Assembly (NCBI GenBank): GCA_026770705.1
Contig: JANJGN010000001.1
Location: 182,900,001 to 182,964,000 of the forward strand
Length of the DNA stretch: 64,000 nt
DNA from: Isurus oxyrinchus
Taxonomy: Eukaryota
Direction of reading: 5' to 3'
The notes under the pieces: generated by a model
What the model was told of the DNA's origin: nothing
Seen by the model: the letters and a program-made list of their open reading frames with translations, nothing else
Database searches by the model: none
Shown: positions 23,743 through 35,694 of the stretch, one piece after another
How positions within the stretch are numbered: the stretch's first letter is position 1
How the letters are laid out: each line of letters starts with the position of its first letter
Position numbers and translations under genes: made by a program

Positions 23743-26700
23743 AAACAAAAATAAAAATTCCTGGAAAAACTCAGCAGGTCTGATAGCATCTGCGGAGAGG
23801 AACACAGTTAATGTTTTCAGTCCATATGACTCTTCAACAGAACTAAGGAAAAATAGAAGAGACGTGAAATATAAGCTGGTTTAAGGGGGGTGGGACAGGT
23901 AGAGCTGGATAGAGGGCCAGTGATAGGTGGAGATTGCCAAAGGATGTCATAGACAAAAGGACAAAGAGGTGTTGACGGTGGTGATATTAGCTAAGGAATG
24001 TGCTAATAGATGACATTAAGGGTAGAAAGCAGGACAAGCAAGGTACACCCTAGTGGGGGTGGGGTGGGGTGGGGGGAAGGGATTGAAATAGGCTAAAAGA
24101 TAGAGATAAAACAATGGATGGAAATACATTTAAAAATAATGGAAATAGGTGGGAAAAGAAAAATCTATATAAATTATTGGAAAAAAGAGGGATCAGAAAG
24201 GGGATGGGAATGGAGGAGAGAGTTCATGATCTAAAATTGTTGAACCCAATATTCAGTCCGGAAGGCTGTAAAGTGCCTAGTCGGAAGATGAGGTGCTGTT
24301 CCTCCAGTTTGTGTTGAGCTTCACTGGAACAATGCAGCAGGCAAGAATGGACATGTGGGCATGAGAGCAGGGTGGGGTGTTGAAATGACAAGCGACAGGG
24401 AGGTCTGGGTCATGTTTGTCGACAGACCAAAGGTATTCTGCAAAGCAGGCACCCAGTCTGTGTTTGGTCTCTCCAATGTAGAGGAAAGCAGCGGAAGCAG
24501 CGAATGCAGTAGACTAAATCGAGCAAAGTGCAACTGAAATGCTGCTTCACTTGAAAGGAGTGTTTGGGCCCTTGGACGGTGAAGAGAGGGGAAGTAAAGG
24601 GGCATGTGTTGCACTTTCTGTGGTTGCATAGGAAGGTGCCGTGGGAGGGGGTTGAGGTGTAGGGGGTGATGGAGGAGTGGACCAGGGTGTCCTGGAGGGA
24701 ATGATCCCTGCGGAATGCCGCTGCGGCGGTGAAGGGAAGATGTGTTTGGTGGTGGCATCACGCTGGAGTTGGCGGAAGTGTCGGAGGATGATCCTTTGAA
24801 TGCAAAGGCTGGTGGGGTGATAAGTGAGGACAAGGCGGACCCTATTATGGTTCTGAGAGGGAGAGGAAGGCGTGAGGGCGGATGCGCGGTAGATGGGCCG
24901 GACACGGTTGAGGGCCCTATCAACCACCGTGGGTGGAAAACCTCGGTTAAGGAAGAAGGAGGACATGTCAGAGGAACTGTTTTTGAAGGTAGCATCATCA
25001 GAACAGATGCGATGGAGGTGAAGGAAGTGAAAGAATTGGATGGAGTCCTTACAGGAAGCGGGGTGTGAGGAGCTGTAGTCGAGGTAGCTGTGGCAGTCGG
25101 TAGGCTTGTAATGAATATTGGTGGACAGTCTGTCACCAGAAATTGAGACAGAGAGGTCAAGGAAGGGAAGTGTCAGAGATGGACCATGTGAAAATGATGG
25201 AGCGGTAGAAATTGGAGGCAAAATTAATACATTTTTCCAAGTCCAGACGAGAGCATGAAGCAGCACCGAAGTAATCATCGATGTACCGGAGAAAGAGTTG
25301 TGGGAGGGGGCCAGAGTAGGACTGGAACAAGGAATGTTCCACATACCCCATAAAGAGACAGGCATAACTGGGGACCATACGGGTACCCATAGCCACACCT
25401 TTTATTTGGAGGAAGTGAGAGGAGTTTAAGGAGAAATTGTTCAGTGAGAGAACAAGCTTAGCCAGACGGAGGAGTGTAGTGGTGGATGGGGATTGTTCAG
25501 GCCTCTGTTCAAGGAAGAAGCGGAGTACCCTCAGACCATCCCGGTGGGGGTTGGAGGTGTAGAGGGATTGGACATCCTTGTTGAAGAGGAGGCGGTTGGG
25601 GCCAGGGAACTGGAAATTGTTGATATGATGGAGGGCGTCAGAGGAATCGCGGATGTAGGTGGGAACGGACTGGACAAGGGGAGAGAGAATGGAGTCAAGA
25701 TAGCAAGAAATGAGTTCCAGGAAAAGGGTGACACGATTGGTCTGCCAGGACAGTCCTGTTTGTGGATTTCGGGTAGGAGTTAGAAGCGGGCTGTGAGGTT
25801 GGAAGGAAGATCTCCAGAGGAGATGAGGTCCGTGACAGTCCTGGAAACAATGGCTTGATGTTCAGTGGTGGGGTCATGGTCCAGGGGGAGGTAGGAGGAA
25901 ATATCTGTGAGTTGACGCTCAGCCTCTACGAGGTAGTTGTCAGTGCGCCTGACAACAACAGCACCACCCTTGTCAGCAGGTTTGATGACAATGTCAGGGT
26001 TAGACCTGAGAGAACGGAGTGCAGCAAGTTCATAGAGAGGCAAGTCAGAGTGGGTGAGAGGAGCAGAGAAATTGAGATGACTGATGTCACACCGACAGTT
26101 CTCAATGAAAGGATCAAGAGAAGGTAAGAATCCAGAGGGAGGGGTCCAGGTGGAGGGAGAATATTGGAAGCGGTAAAAGGATCCGTTGAACGGGGAGAGG
26201 ACTCCTGCCCAAAGAAGTGAGCATGGAGACGAAGGCGATGGAAAAGGAGTTCAGCATCATGCCAAGCCCAAAATTCATTGAGATGAGGGCGTAAGGGTAT
26301 GAAACTGAGTCCATTGCTGAGCACTGAACGTTCAGCATCAGAGAGGGGGAGGTCAGGGGTATGGTGAATACACAGCCAGAGCTGGGATTGGAAGATGGGA
26401 TGGGGATAGAGGGACAGGCAGAGGTGAAGCGTCCTGGATGGGCGTTGGTGTCGATGAGTTGTTGGAGCTTGCGTTCCTTTGCATCCGAAAGAAAGAGACA
26501 AAGTTTCTTGTTGAGGCATTGGATAAGACGAAGAATAAAATGAAACTGGGGGCACAGCCAGCTTAGAGAAAGGGTGCGTCGGTGCTGCTAGAGGGAGAGG
26601 TCGAGTGTGTTCATATGGCGGCGCATGGCACTGAGTGTGGATCTCAGGATTCGACGAAAACAGCAGTCTGAGGAACGTTGAATGCCTCGGCGATACCTGT

Positions 26701-27242
26701 AATCCTGGGTGGATTTGAAACAGGAGGAGTGGAATTTCAGTTGAAATCCACGTGGGGTAAATCAGAGACAGAGACAGTCACTGAGGAAGGAAATATGGCT
26801 GTGAAAGTGAATTTTAGTAAACACTTTGTCAAACACCAGGAGAGAAATGGAAAGCGATGAAGGTGAACAAGGAAAAAGAGAGAGACGGAAATCCTGTTGG
26901 AGAGAAGAGCAGTACTTCTTCCAGGTAGGCATTCCTTGAAGAGGAGTGGCAGTCAATTAAACACTAAGATAAAAGCAAAAAACTGCGGATGCTGGAAATC
27001 CAAAACAAAAATAAAAATACCTGGAAAAACTCAGCAGGTCTGACAGCATCTGCGGAGAGGAACACAGTTAATGTTTCGAGTCCATATGACTCTTCAACAG
27101 AATTAAGGAAAAATAGAAGAGAGGTGAAATATAAGCTGGTTTAAGGGGGGGGTGGGGTGTGAGACAAGTAGAGCTGCATGGAGGACCAGCGATAGGTGGA
27201 GATTGCAAAAAGATGTCATAGACAAAAGGACAAAGAGATGTT
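23743..27242 (-). mobile_element. Full-length Penelope-like element (subfamily B) with partial-tandem pLTRs
   Basis: Direct repeats 23743-~23977 and ~27002-27242; 11-bp TSD GACACTGAGCA (23732-23742, 27243-27253). Confidence 0.95.
24224..26932 (-). pseudogene. PLE RT plus GIY-YIG endonuclease ORF, frameshifted
   Basis: MPTWKKYC..., IVIKPADKGGAVVV, AMGTRMVPSYACLFM, LRYIDD, HYKPTD, VYCIRC...YIGETK. Confidence 0.92.
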
Positions 27243-28224
27243 GACACTGAGCAGATGGCTGATAATGTAAAGTGACCATTTTCCGGAAAATTCCAATGTG
27301 GATTATACTGACAGACCTGTCCTGAGGGAACATGGAATGTCACACCTGAAAAGGTGTCAGGCCTTCTTCAAGCAGAGACACTTAAAAGGGAGATAGAAAA
27401 GATTGAAAAGACAACTTTAATCTCCTGTGGTTGCGGAGACAAAAGACTGATTTTCCCATCTCAGCAGTCACTTAAAAATCCATCCCCTGTTGATTTATAT
27501 CTGAGGATGTGTAAATAGTTCTGAGATGGATGGAAAATGACAATTTCCTCTCACTGAATATGCAGGGAAAATGGGTTAAAAAGCTAGCTACAGAGCAATG
27601 CAGGGTGTGCTGGTGTGCTTTGAGAATGATAGCACAAGAAGACCAACTAGTCACCCCTGCTATTGCAGGCAAAATCCCTCTCTCTCTCTGTTGCTAGAGA
27701 AGCCACAATCACAAAGTAAATAGGACAGCCTCTTCAACTATCCTTCAGAACCAAGTGTCTCCAAAGCAATTGCAAAACTGCCAAAACCAACTCTCCCGGG
27801 ATCACCCAACTTAACAGATGCAATATACCACCATCTCTGCCTCATGAACAAGCCAAAAACTGATTCTCATTTCTTTAAAAACTTTTAATTGGGCTCTTAA
27901 CTTCTCATTTCTGATCTGTGTGTATGCGTATTGCATTTTTAAATTATTTTTCTCAGGTTTTAGTAATTAATAAACTTACCCTTTCTTTGACTCAAAAAAG
28001 CCTGATTAATTTGACTCCCATTAAAAATTAAATACATTTGGACTGGGAAAAGATATCCATGCGGGAAGGGATCCCTTTTAAATTAACCTTGTTGCAACAA
28101 ACTGTGGGGGTTGAATAAAGAAGGGGAGCCAGTTTATTCCTCCTCATCCAGCAACATGACAAAATTGGGGTCTCATTCTGGAAGTTAACAGATTGGGGGA
28201 CCTTTCTCAGGGTCTGGTTGAAGA

Positions 28225-30558
28225 CAGTCCTTGTGAAGACAATGTCCCTCCATCATGTGTGGCACTACCACTGTGCCAAATGGAATAGATTCAGAACAGA
28301 AGTAGCAGCTGAAAAGCAGGCATCCATACTGCAAAAGCTCTGGGACCTGATACCATTCCGGCAATAGTTCTGAAGGCTTGTGCCACAGAATTAATTGTGG
28401 CCGAAGCCAAGCTGTTTCAGTGTGGCTACATCACTGGCATCTACCTGACAATTTAGAAAATTGCCCAGGTATGCACTGTGGGCTATCAGAAGCAGCAGGG
28501 TTGTATTCTGTTGAAGGGTCATGAGGACTTGAAACGTCAACTCTTTTCTTCTCTGCCGATGCTGCCAGACCTGCTGAGTTTTTCCAGGTAATTCTGTTTT
28601 TGTTTTGGATTTCCAGCATCCGCAGTTTTTTGTTTTTATATATATATATCAGATAGACAGAGCTAAGCAATCCCACAACCAATGGATTAGACAAAGCTCT
28701 GTGGTTCTCCTGCATCCAGGAATGTGAATGGTGGTGGACAGTTAAGCAACTAACTGGAGAAGGAGGCTCCACAAATATCCCCATCCACAATGATGGGGGA
28801 GCCAAGCACATCAGCACAAAAGGCAAGACTGAAGCATTTGTAACCATCTTCAGCCAGAAGTGCCGAGTGGGTGATCTATCACGGCTTCCTCCAGCCCCCA
28901 GCATCACAGATGCCAATGTTCAGCCAATTCAACTCACTCCGTGCGATATGAAGATACGGCTGAAGACACTGGATACTGCAAAAACTATGGCCCCTGATAA
29001 CATTCTGGCAATAGTTATGAAGACTTCTGCCCCAGAATTAACTGCAGCCCAAGCCAAGCTGTTCCATTACTGCTGCAACACTGGCATCTACCTGACAATG
29101 TAGAAAATTGTCCAGGTATGCACTGTCTACAAAAAATGGGAGAAATCAATCCAGCTAATTACCACCACATCAGCCTCCTCATGATCAGCAGCAAAATGTT
29201 GTAAGGTGTCATTGACAGCGCTACCAAGCATCAGTTACACTGGGATAACATGCCACTGATGCCACTCAGCTCCTGGCCTCATTACAGCTTCGGTTCAAAC
29301 ATGGACTAAAGACTCAAGTGGGGAGGTGAGAGTGACTGACCATTGACATCAAGGCAGCATTTGACCCAGTGTGGTGTCAAGGGTCACTGGCAAAATTGAA
29401 GCCAGCAGGAATCAGGGGGAGAAATCTCCACTGGTTTGTGTCATACCTTGCGCAAATTAAGATTATTGTGGCTGATAGAGATCAATCATCTCAGTCCCAG
29501 GACAATGCTGCAGGAGTTTCTCAGGAGAGTGTCGTAAGCCCAACCATCTTCAGCTGCTTCAACAATGACTTTCCCTTCATCACAAGGTCAGAAGTGGAAA
29601 TGTTCACTGATGGCTGCACAGTGTTCTCTACCATTTGCAACTTCTCAGATGTTGAAGCAGTGCATATCCGTATGCAGTAAGATCTGGGCAACATTCAGGC
29701 TTGAGCTGATAAGTGGCAAGTAATATTCAGCCATGATCTTAATGAATGGTAGAGCAGGCTGCTCCTGCTCCTATGTTTCTATATTCCTATTTGCTTCATA
29801 CAAGTGCAAGACGATTACTATCTCCAACAATAGAGAGAATCTAACCATTTCCCCTTGACATATGGCACTGCAAAAACTCACCATGGGTCCTTCAACAGCA
29901 CCATCCAAACCCACGACCTCCACCAACTAGAAGGTGACGGTGGCTGTAAGAGCAGGTCAGAGGCTGGGAATTCTGAGGTGAGTAACTCACTTCCTGACTC
30001 CCCAAGGCCAATCCACCATCTCCAAGGCACAAGTGAGGATTGTAATGGAATATTCTCCACTTACCTAGATGTGTGCAGCTCCAACAACACTTAAGAAACT
30101 CGACACCATCCAGGACAAAGCAGCTGCTATGTTTGCATCCCATCCAACAACTTAAACACTCACTCCCTCCACCACTGATTCACAGTGGCAGCAGTGTGTA
30201 CCATATACAAGATGCACTGCAGCAACTCAGCAAGCCTCCTTCGAGAGCACCTTCCAAACCTTTGATCTCTACCACCTAGAAGGACAAGGGCAGCAGATGC
30301 AAGGAAACACCACTTACTGCACATTCTACTCCAAGCCAGAGATCATCGTGACTTGGAACTATATTGCTGTTCCCTCAATGTTGCTGGATTAAAATCCTGG
30401 AATTCTCTTCCGATCAACACTGTCGGTGTACCTACACCAGATGGACTGCAATGGTTCAAGAAAGTGGTTCACCATCACATTCTCAAGGACAATTAGGGAT
30501 GGGCAATAAATGTTAACCTTGCTAGCGACACCCACATCCCATGAAAGAATAAAAAAAC
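28225..30558 (+). mobile_element. Decayed CR1/L2-group LINE (RT plus 3' end)
   Basis: KTMAPDNILA, DIKAAFD, GVSQESVVSPTIFSCFNND, MFTDGC; tail gggatgggcaataaatg...cccacatcccatgaaagaataaaa. Confidence 0.85.
28500..28645 (+). mobile_element. PLE pLTR fragment, subfamily A
   Basis: ctgttgaagggtcatgaggacttgaaacgtcaactc...cagcatccgcagttttttg matches the other PLE ends. Confidence 0.9.
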
Positions 30559-30864
30559 TCACATGTGGCCTGGGATCCAGTGACTATCATGAGCCTTGAG
30601 TGGGTGTAGTACTGGCAGCAGCCATCTTCTTTCCTGTGGTGCTGCTGCTTAATAGAGCTGCTGGCCTCTGATTAGTCATCAGCTCTCAATGGGTGGGACG
30701 TCCAAACTCTGGGTCCTTGATCCCCGGGAAGGTCCACCACTGTCTTGCCAAGTGCCTGAGTAGCACTCACTTTAGTGGGCCTTCCCTTACAGAGTGGGTG
30801 CTGGATTCCTGTAGGCTCTCTAGTCAGTGGGTGAGACCCCTGTCAGCTCCATTAAATCCATCCC
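30559..30864 (-). mobile_element. End of a non-autonomous Harbinger-type element, inverted homologue of 16970-17220
   Basis: Reverse complement gggatggatttaatggagctgacaggggtctc...ggatcccaggccacatgtgag aligns by eye with 16970-17220. Confidence 0.6.
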
Positions 30865-30867
30865 TAT

Positions 30868-31480
30868 GGCCTGAATCTTCTGGTTGGTGTGTGGGGGCAG
30901 GCCCTACTCACCAATGTGTAAAATGATGCACGGTGACGTCGGGTGTATGTCCTGATGTCATCGCGCGTCATTCCGATCTTCAGTTCAGTGGGCGCATACT
31001 GGAGTTTGCTGCACGCCCGTTGAACTGTCAAAGGCCTGTTAACTCCACTAATCACTTAATTAAAGTCATTGTCAGGGCTGCACATCCAACCTTAAGATTG
31101 GCGGGCAGGTGAAGGGCCCAGACGGCCTTCGCATTTTCCATGGAACCTCATCCACGGGCAGGATGAGGTTTCATGAAGGGTTAATAAGTTTAATAAAAAT
31201 TTTTATTAAAATTCTTTGACATGTCCCAGCTCATGCGACACTGTTTTCTGTTAATACAGTTAGCTCTTCAAACATAAAATCGTGTCATAAGTTTACCAGT
31301 AAACAATACCAAGAATTTATTTGCATAAGTTAAAGCTGTACTATCCTGCATTTGGAGATAATTTCATGTGGCCAATTAAGGCCCGCCCACATAAAATGAC
31401 GGCGCGCAGCTGATCATGGGCGGCGAACGGCTGCGCACCCATTCCCACCCAGCCCGCCTGACGGGTAGAAAATTCTCCCC
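30868..31480 (-). mobile_element. Harbinger-type MITE with its interior replaced by a copy of flanking DNA
   Basis: 3-bp TSD TAT; homologous to 34541-35181 and 56274-56982. Confidence 0.8.
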
Positions 31481-31931
31481 TATGATTCTTTTGCAGATAG
31501 TTTCACACATGAAGTGAGCCAGTCTGATGCTTTACAACCAGGCGATTCATCTAAAGAGCTCCTTAAAGGGCATTTCGTATACACAAAACAATTATAATCA
31601 GCCAAAGTAAGGCAACCCCATAGAAAAAATGTGAAGTGTAGAGTTAGTCATATTTATGTATTGTTTAAGTTTCACCATGCTCTTTACAATTAGCCATTAG
31701 AAATTTGGAGGATCTCTTGCATACAGCATTCAATAAAGTTGCCAAGGACAATAATTACCAAGGCATTTATTTATTTTCTGAGCAGGAGATGACTCTGGCA
31801 TTTGTTTTCTGCTAATACAATTAGCTCTTCAAACATAAAATTGTGTCATAAGTTTAACAGTAAACAATACCAAGAATTTATTTGCATAAGTTGAAGCTAT
31901 ACTATCCTGCATTTGGAGATAATTTCATGTG
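31242..31931 (+). repeat. 129-bp direct duplication (31242-31370 and 31803-31931)
   Basis: About 6 substitutions counted by eye. Confidence 0.95.
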
Positions 31932-32274
31932 TCCAACCAATTATGGTGACTCAGTTCTGTGAGGTTACGTGGTGTTTTGAAGAGCAACATTTAGCATGAC
32001 AGCATCAGTCTCAGTGCCATCTGTAAACAACACATACATTCCTTTTAGGGAAATACAAGTATCTCAAGACTAGATGGGATGTCAATGTCAAATTTGACAA
32101 GTCAGTTGTCTTAATTTGAATTTCTGGGTATCATCACTTTAAAAAGGGCTTTCCATCTTACGCTTACACTTTTGATTCGAGATAGTTATCTTGATAACCA
32201 TGTGTGGCTAACAAGTGAAGACTTGTTCATTAAACAAGCTATCAGTACTCAATGTCTTGGCTCATACATAGCAA

Positions 32275-33070
32275 TTGTGGGAAAATGTGAGGTTGTCCAC
32301 TTTGGTGGGAAGAATAGAAAAACAGAATATTATTTAAATGGAGAGTGGCTGCAGCTTTCTGCAGTACAGAAGGATGCCCTTGTACGTGAATCACAAAAGT
32401 TAGCATGCAGTTCCAGCAAGAAATTGGGAAGGCAAATGGAATGCTGACCTTTATTGCAAGAGGGGGTGAAGTATAAAAGTATAAGACATGTATTGTTACA
32501 ATTGTTCAGGGCATTGCTAAGTACTCACCTGGAATATTATGTACAGTTTTGGTTTTCTTATTTAAGGAGGATATACTTTCAATGGAGGCAGTTCAAAGAA
32601 GTTCGACTAGGTTGATTCCTGCAATGAAAGATTGTCTTATGAAGAAAGGTTGAACCACGTGGGCTGATACTCATTGGAGTTTAGAAGAATGGGAAGTGGC
32701 CTTATTGAAATGTATAAGATTCTGTCGGGGCTTGACAGGGTAGATACTGGGAGGATGTTTCCCCTCATGAAGGTATCTAGAACTAGGGGACACAATTTAA
32801 AAATAAGGGGCGCCCCAATTAAGATGGAAATGAAGAAGAATTTCTTCTCTCTGAGGGTCATTAATCTAAAGAAATCACTATCCCAGAGAGCATTAGAGAC
32901 TGGGTTATTAAAGATGACAGATTTTTGATCTACAAGGGAGTCAAGTGCTCTAGGGGACAGGCAGGAAGTTAAGGCCACAATCAGATAAGCCATGATTTTA
33001 TTGAATAGTGAAGCAGGCTCAAGAAGCCAAATGGCCTAGCTCTGCACCTATTTCTTAGATTCTTATGTTC
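32275..33070 (+). mobile_element. CR1 3' fragment
   Basis: GKCEVVHFGGKNRK; EFRRMGSGLIEMYKI...RTRGHNLKI; ttcttatg tail. Confidence 0.9.
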
Positions 33071-33957
33071 GTATTCTCCACTGTTCTACTTAAGGCTTTC
33101 TTTTCCTAACTTCCTCTTTAACACTATTACTCTCCTATTAGCCTATGATGAGGTATTTTGTTGTGTCCTCCCATATCATCAATTTGATCCCATCTGCCCA
33201 TTCCTCGATTATGGCATCTCTGATTCATTTCTATCTAATATAATTACCTTTGGATATTCATATTAAATTTCCATATTATATTAGGTTGTTTTGTCAGAAC
33301 AATTTTAAATGGAATGCCAAAAGTCCCATATAGTTTGACTGAATTGAAACTTGCTCCAGTGGTGTCTGCATCAAGCTATGCTCATGTTGGTAGAACAGTT
33401 GTGGAATAATTTCTTTTTGGGAGGGGGTGGTTAATTAACATGAACATAAATCAATGAATCAATTCAATAATCCATAATTCAATGCACCTCATGATATCAC
33501 AGTCAACACTTTACATACTTAGAGGGATGAGTCGGATTCCTAGGTCAAAAGATAAATCCAATACAAGTAAGTTAGATTATAACCATTGCACATACTGTGC
33601 ATTCTGACTTCCTCCAAAGTTGAATGCAATGTAACACATCAACAGGTCCATATTATACTTCATCCAGCTCATAAGTGGTATCACGATGATGTGACTTGTG
33701 CATGAGTGATTTTAGTCTGTAATTTCATTGGCTAATCAAACATATATTAAACTGTTTAAAAAGGAAATTAAAAAGCAAGCAAAGAAACTGACTTAAGATG
33801 GCTGCCACAAGTCACCTGATGTCTGGTATTACCAACTGATCAATTTTCTGGAAGGCTCCAAGATGGAATACAATTAAAACATGCCCAGGCATCCTCATGG
33901 AATTTCTGCTGATGTGAAGAACAACTTCAAAAGGTTTACTAACTGTACTGTCCCTCA

Positions 33958-34150
33958 CAACAAAAACAAAAATAACTGAAAAAACTCAGCAGGTCTGACA
34001 GCATCTGCGGAGAGGAACACTGCTGACGTTTTGACTCGTAACCGTCAACTGTGTTCCTCTCCACAGGTGCTGTCAGACCTACTGAGTTTTTCTAGCTACT
34101 TTTGTTTTTGTTTCGGATTTCCAGCATCCGCAGTGTTTTGCTTTTCTCCT
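33958..34150. mobile_element. Palindromic PLE pLTR insertion, subfamily B
   Basis: Inverted arms; 16-bp TSD ACTGTACTGT(C/A)CCTCA (33942-33957, 34151-34166). Confidence 0.9.
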
Positions 34151-34540
34151 ACTGTACTGTACCTCATATTTGTATTTCTATCAGGCAATCTCTCAAGTAG
34201 AGACAGAAGGTCTACCTAGACTATAGCTCTATGGAAAGGTGTTTTTCCTATCCAATCAAGATGGATAATGGATCATTCAGAAGCTAATGGCTAGGACATT
34301 ATAAGCCAAGGGACAATAGACACAGTCTGTTCAGGCATCAGCTAAGCAAATATCTTCTGAAATCATTATGGAGAGAGAGGTCATGTGACTAGAATAACCA
34401 TTTTTGAAACCTCTTTTATTCTGGCATGCAAGGATCTAGGGAGAACCTGCCAGTCAGGCAGTAAAACTCTCCTTCTCCCCTCCTCCTTCAAGCTCAAGGC
34501 CCTGCTTCTATTCTAGTTTAAAATTCAGCACAGAGATAGA

Positions 34541-35181
34541 GGGCAGAATTTTCCCCCCGTCGGGGGGTGAAGTTGATGGGCGGGCATGTGCGTGGCACCA
34601 TTTTACATAAGCAGGCCAATTAAGGACTGCCCAGCGTGATGTCTGCAGGGAAGTGCTATGCTGTCCCTGTGCGGGCAGGGGGAATGCCTAAAATTGAGAG
34701 TGCGGTCATTCAATCATGCGCATGAAAGAGCGCACTCATCTCCCTGAAGCTAAGTGCTGCCTCATGGGAGATCGCCTCTACTTTCAAAAATATTAAAAAT
34801 AGAAAAAAAAATCCCCTCATGTGACATGTTCATAATTTCCAAAAAAAACTTGATTAAAATTTTTATTACCCTACATGAAACCTCATCCCACCTGTGGATG
34901 TGGTTTCATGTTTTTTCTACTTCCCGCTGGGGCTCCTGGCCTGCCCACCAACCTTAAGCTTGGACGGACAGATCCACTAATTACTTTAATTGCTCTGTCA
35001 ATGGCTTCAATTGGCCATTAACAGGTTGACGGGCGTGCAGCTGATTTTGCTGCGCCCCCGCCTTCCTGAAAATTTAAATGGGGCACGGTGACATTGGGTG
35101 TTCTGCCCGATGTCACCATGCGTCATTTTACGTGTTGGTGAGTGGGCCCCGCCCCCACTCGCAGACGGTAAAATCCCGCCC
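34541..35181 (+). mobile_element. Harbinger-type MITE (~640 bp)
   Basis: TIRs gggcagaatttt / aaaatcccgccc; 3-bp TSD AGA. Confidence 0.85.
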
Positions 35182-35694
35182 AGAGAATCTTCATGGAAAG
35201 GAACCTCAGGTGCAAAAATCATTCACTTCTGGAACAGGTGATTACTTCTTAAAAAAAAGTTGTCTCTGGCAATCACAGTTTCACACGGGCCTCATCTCCT
35301 AGAATCTCAAGATCTCTATAGAGAAAAATCTTCCACAACCACAGATACCAGTAAAGGACTCATAAGCAGTGAACACTCATTTTTTTTACTTATTGGCATT
35401 AAACTTTAATTTGACTTAGAAAGTAACTTCCTACTATATAACTTGTAAATTTGCATGCTTGTGTGTGTGTATGGTGTGTTGCAAAGGTCGGGTGTGGAAT
35501 TACCTTTTCAAATATTATTATATCTTTACTTGGGTGGATTTTTTGCTCAATAAAAACTAACCACTTTTTGTTTTGCACTTAAAAAATCTGCCAGACAAGT
35601 TTCTTTGCAATTAGCACATAAATGGTTCAACAGAAACTTGAGTAAATACCATCATCCTTTCAAATTCACAGAAGACCCTGTTACAATCAGATTG

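Larger units (their letters stand above)
23638..28161 (+). mobile_element. LTR of the Gmr1-type element (~1.0 kb net), split by a full-length PLE
   Basis: Termini TGTCATG...CATGACA; AATAAA near 27968; directly follows RNaseH; the true end may extend to ~28226. Confidence 0.7.
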
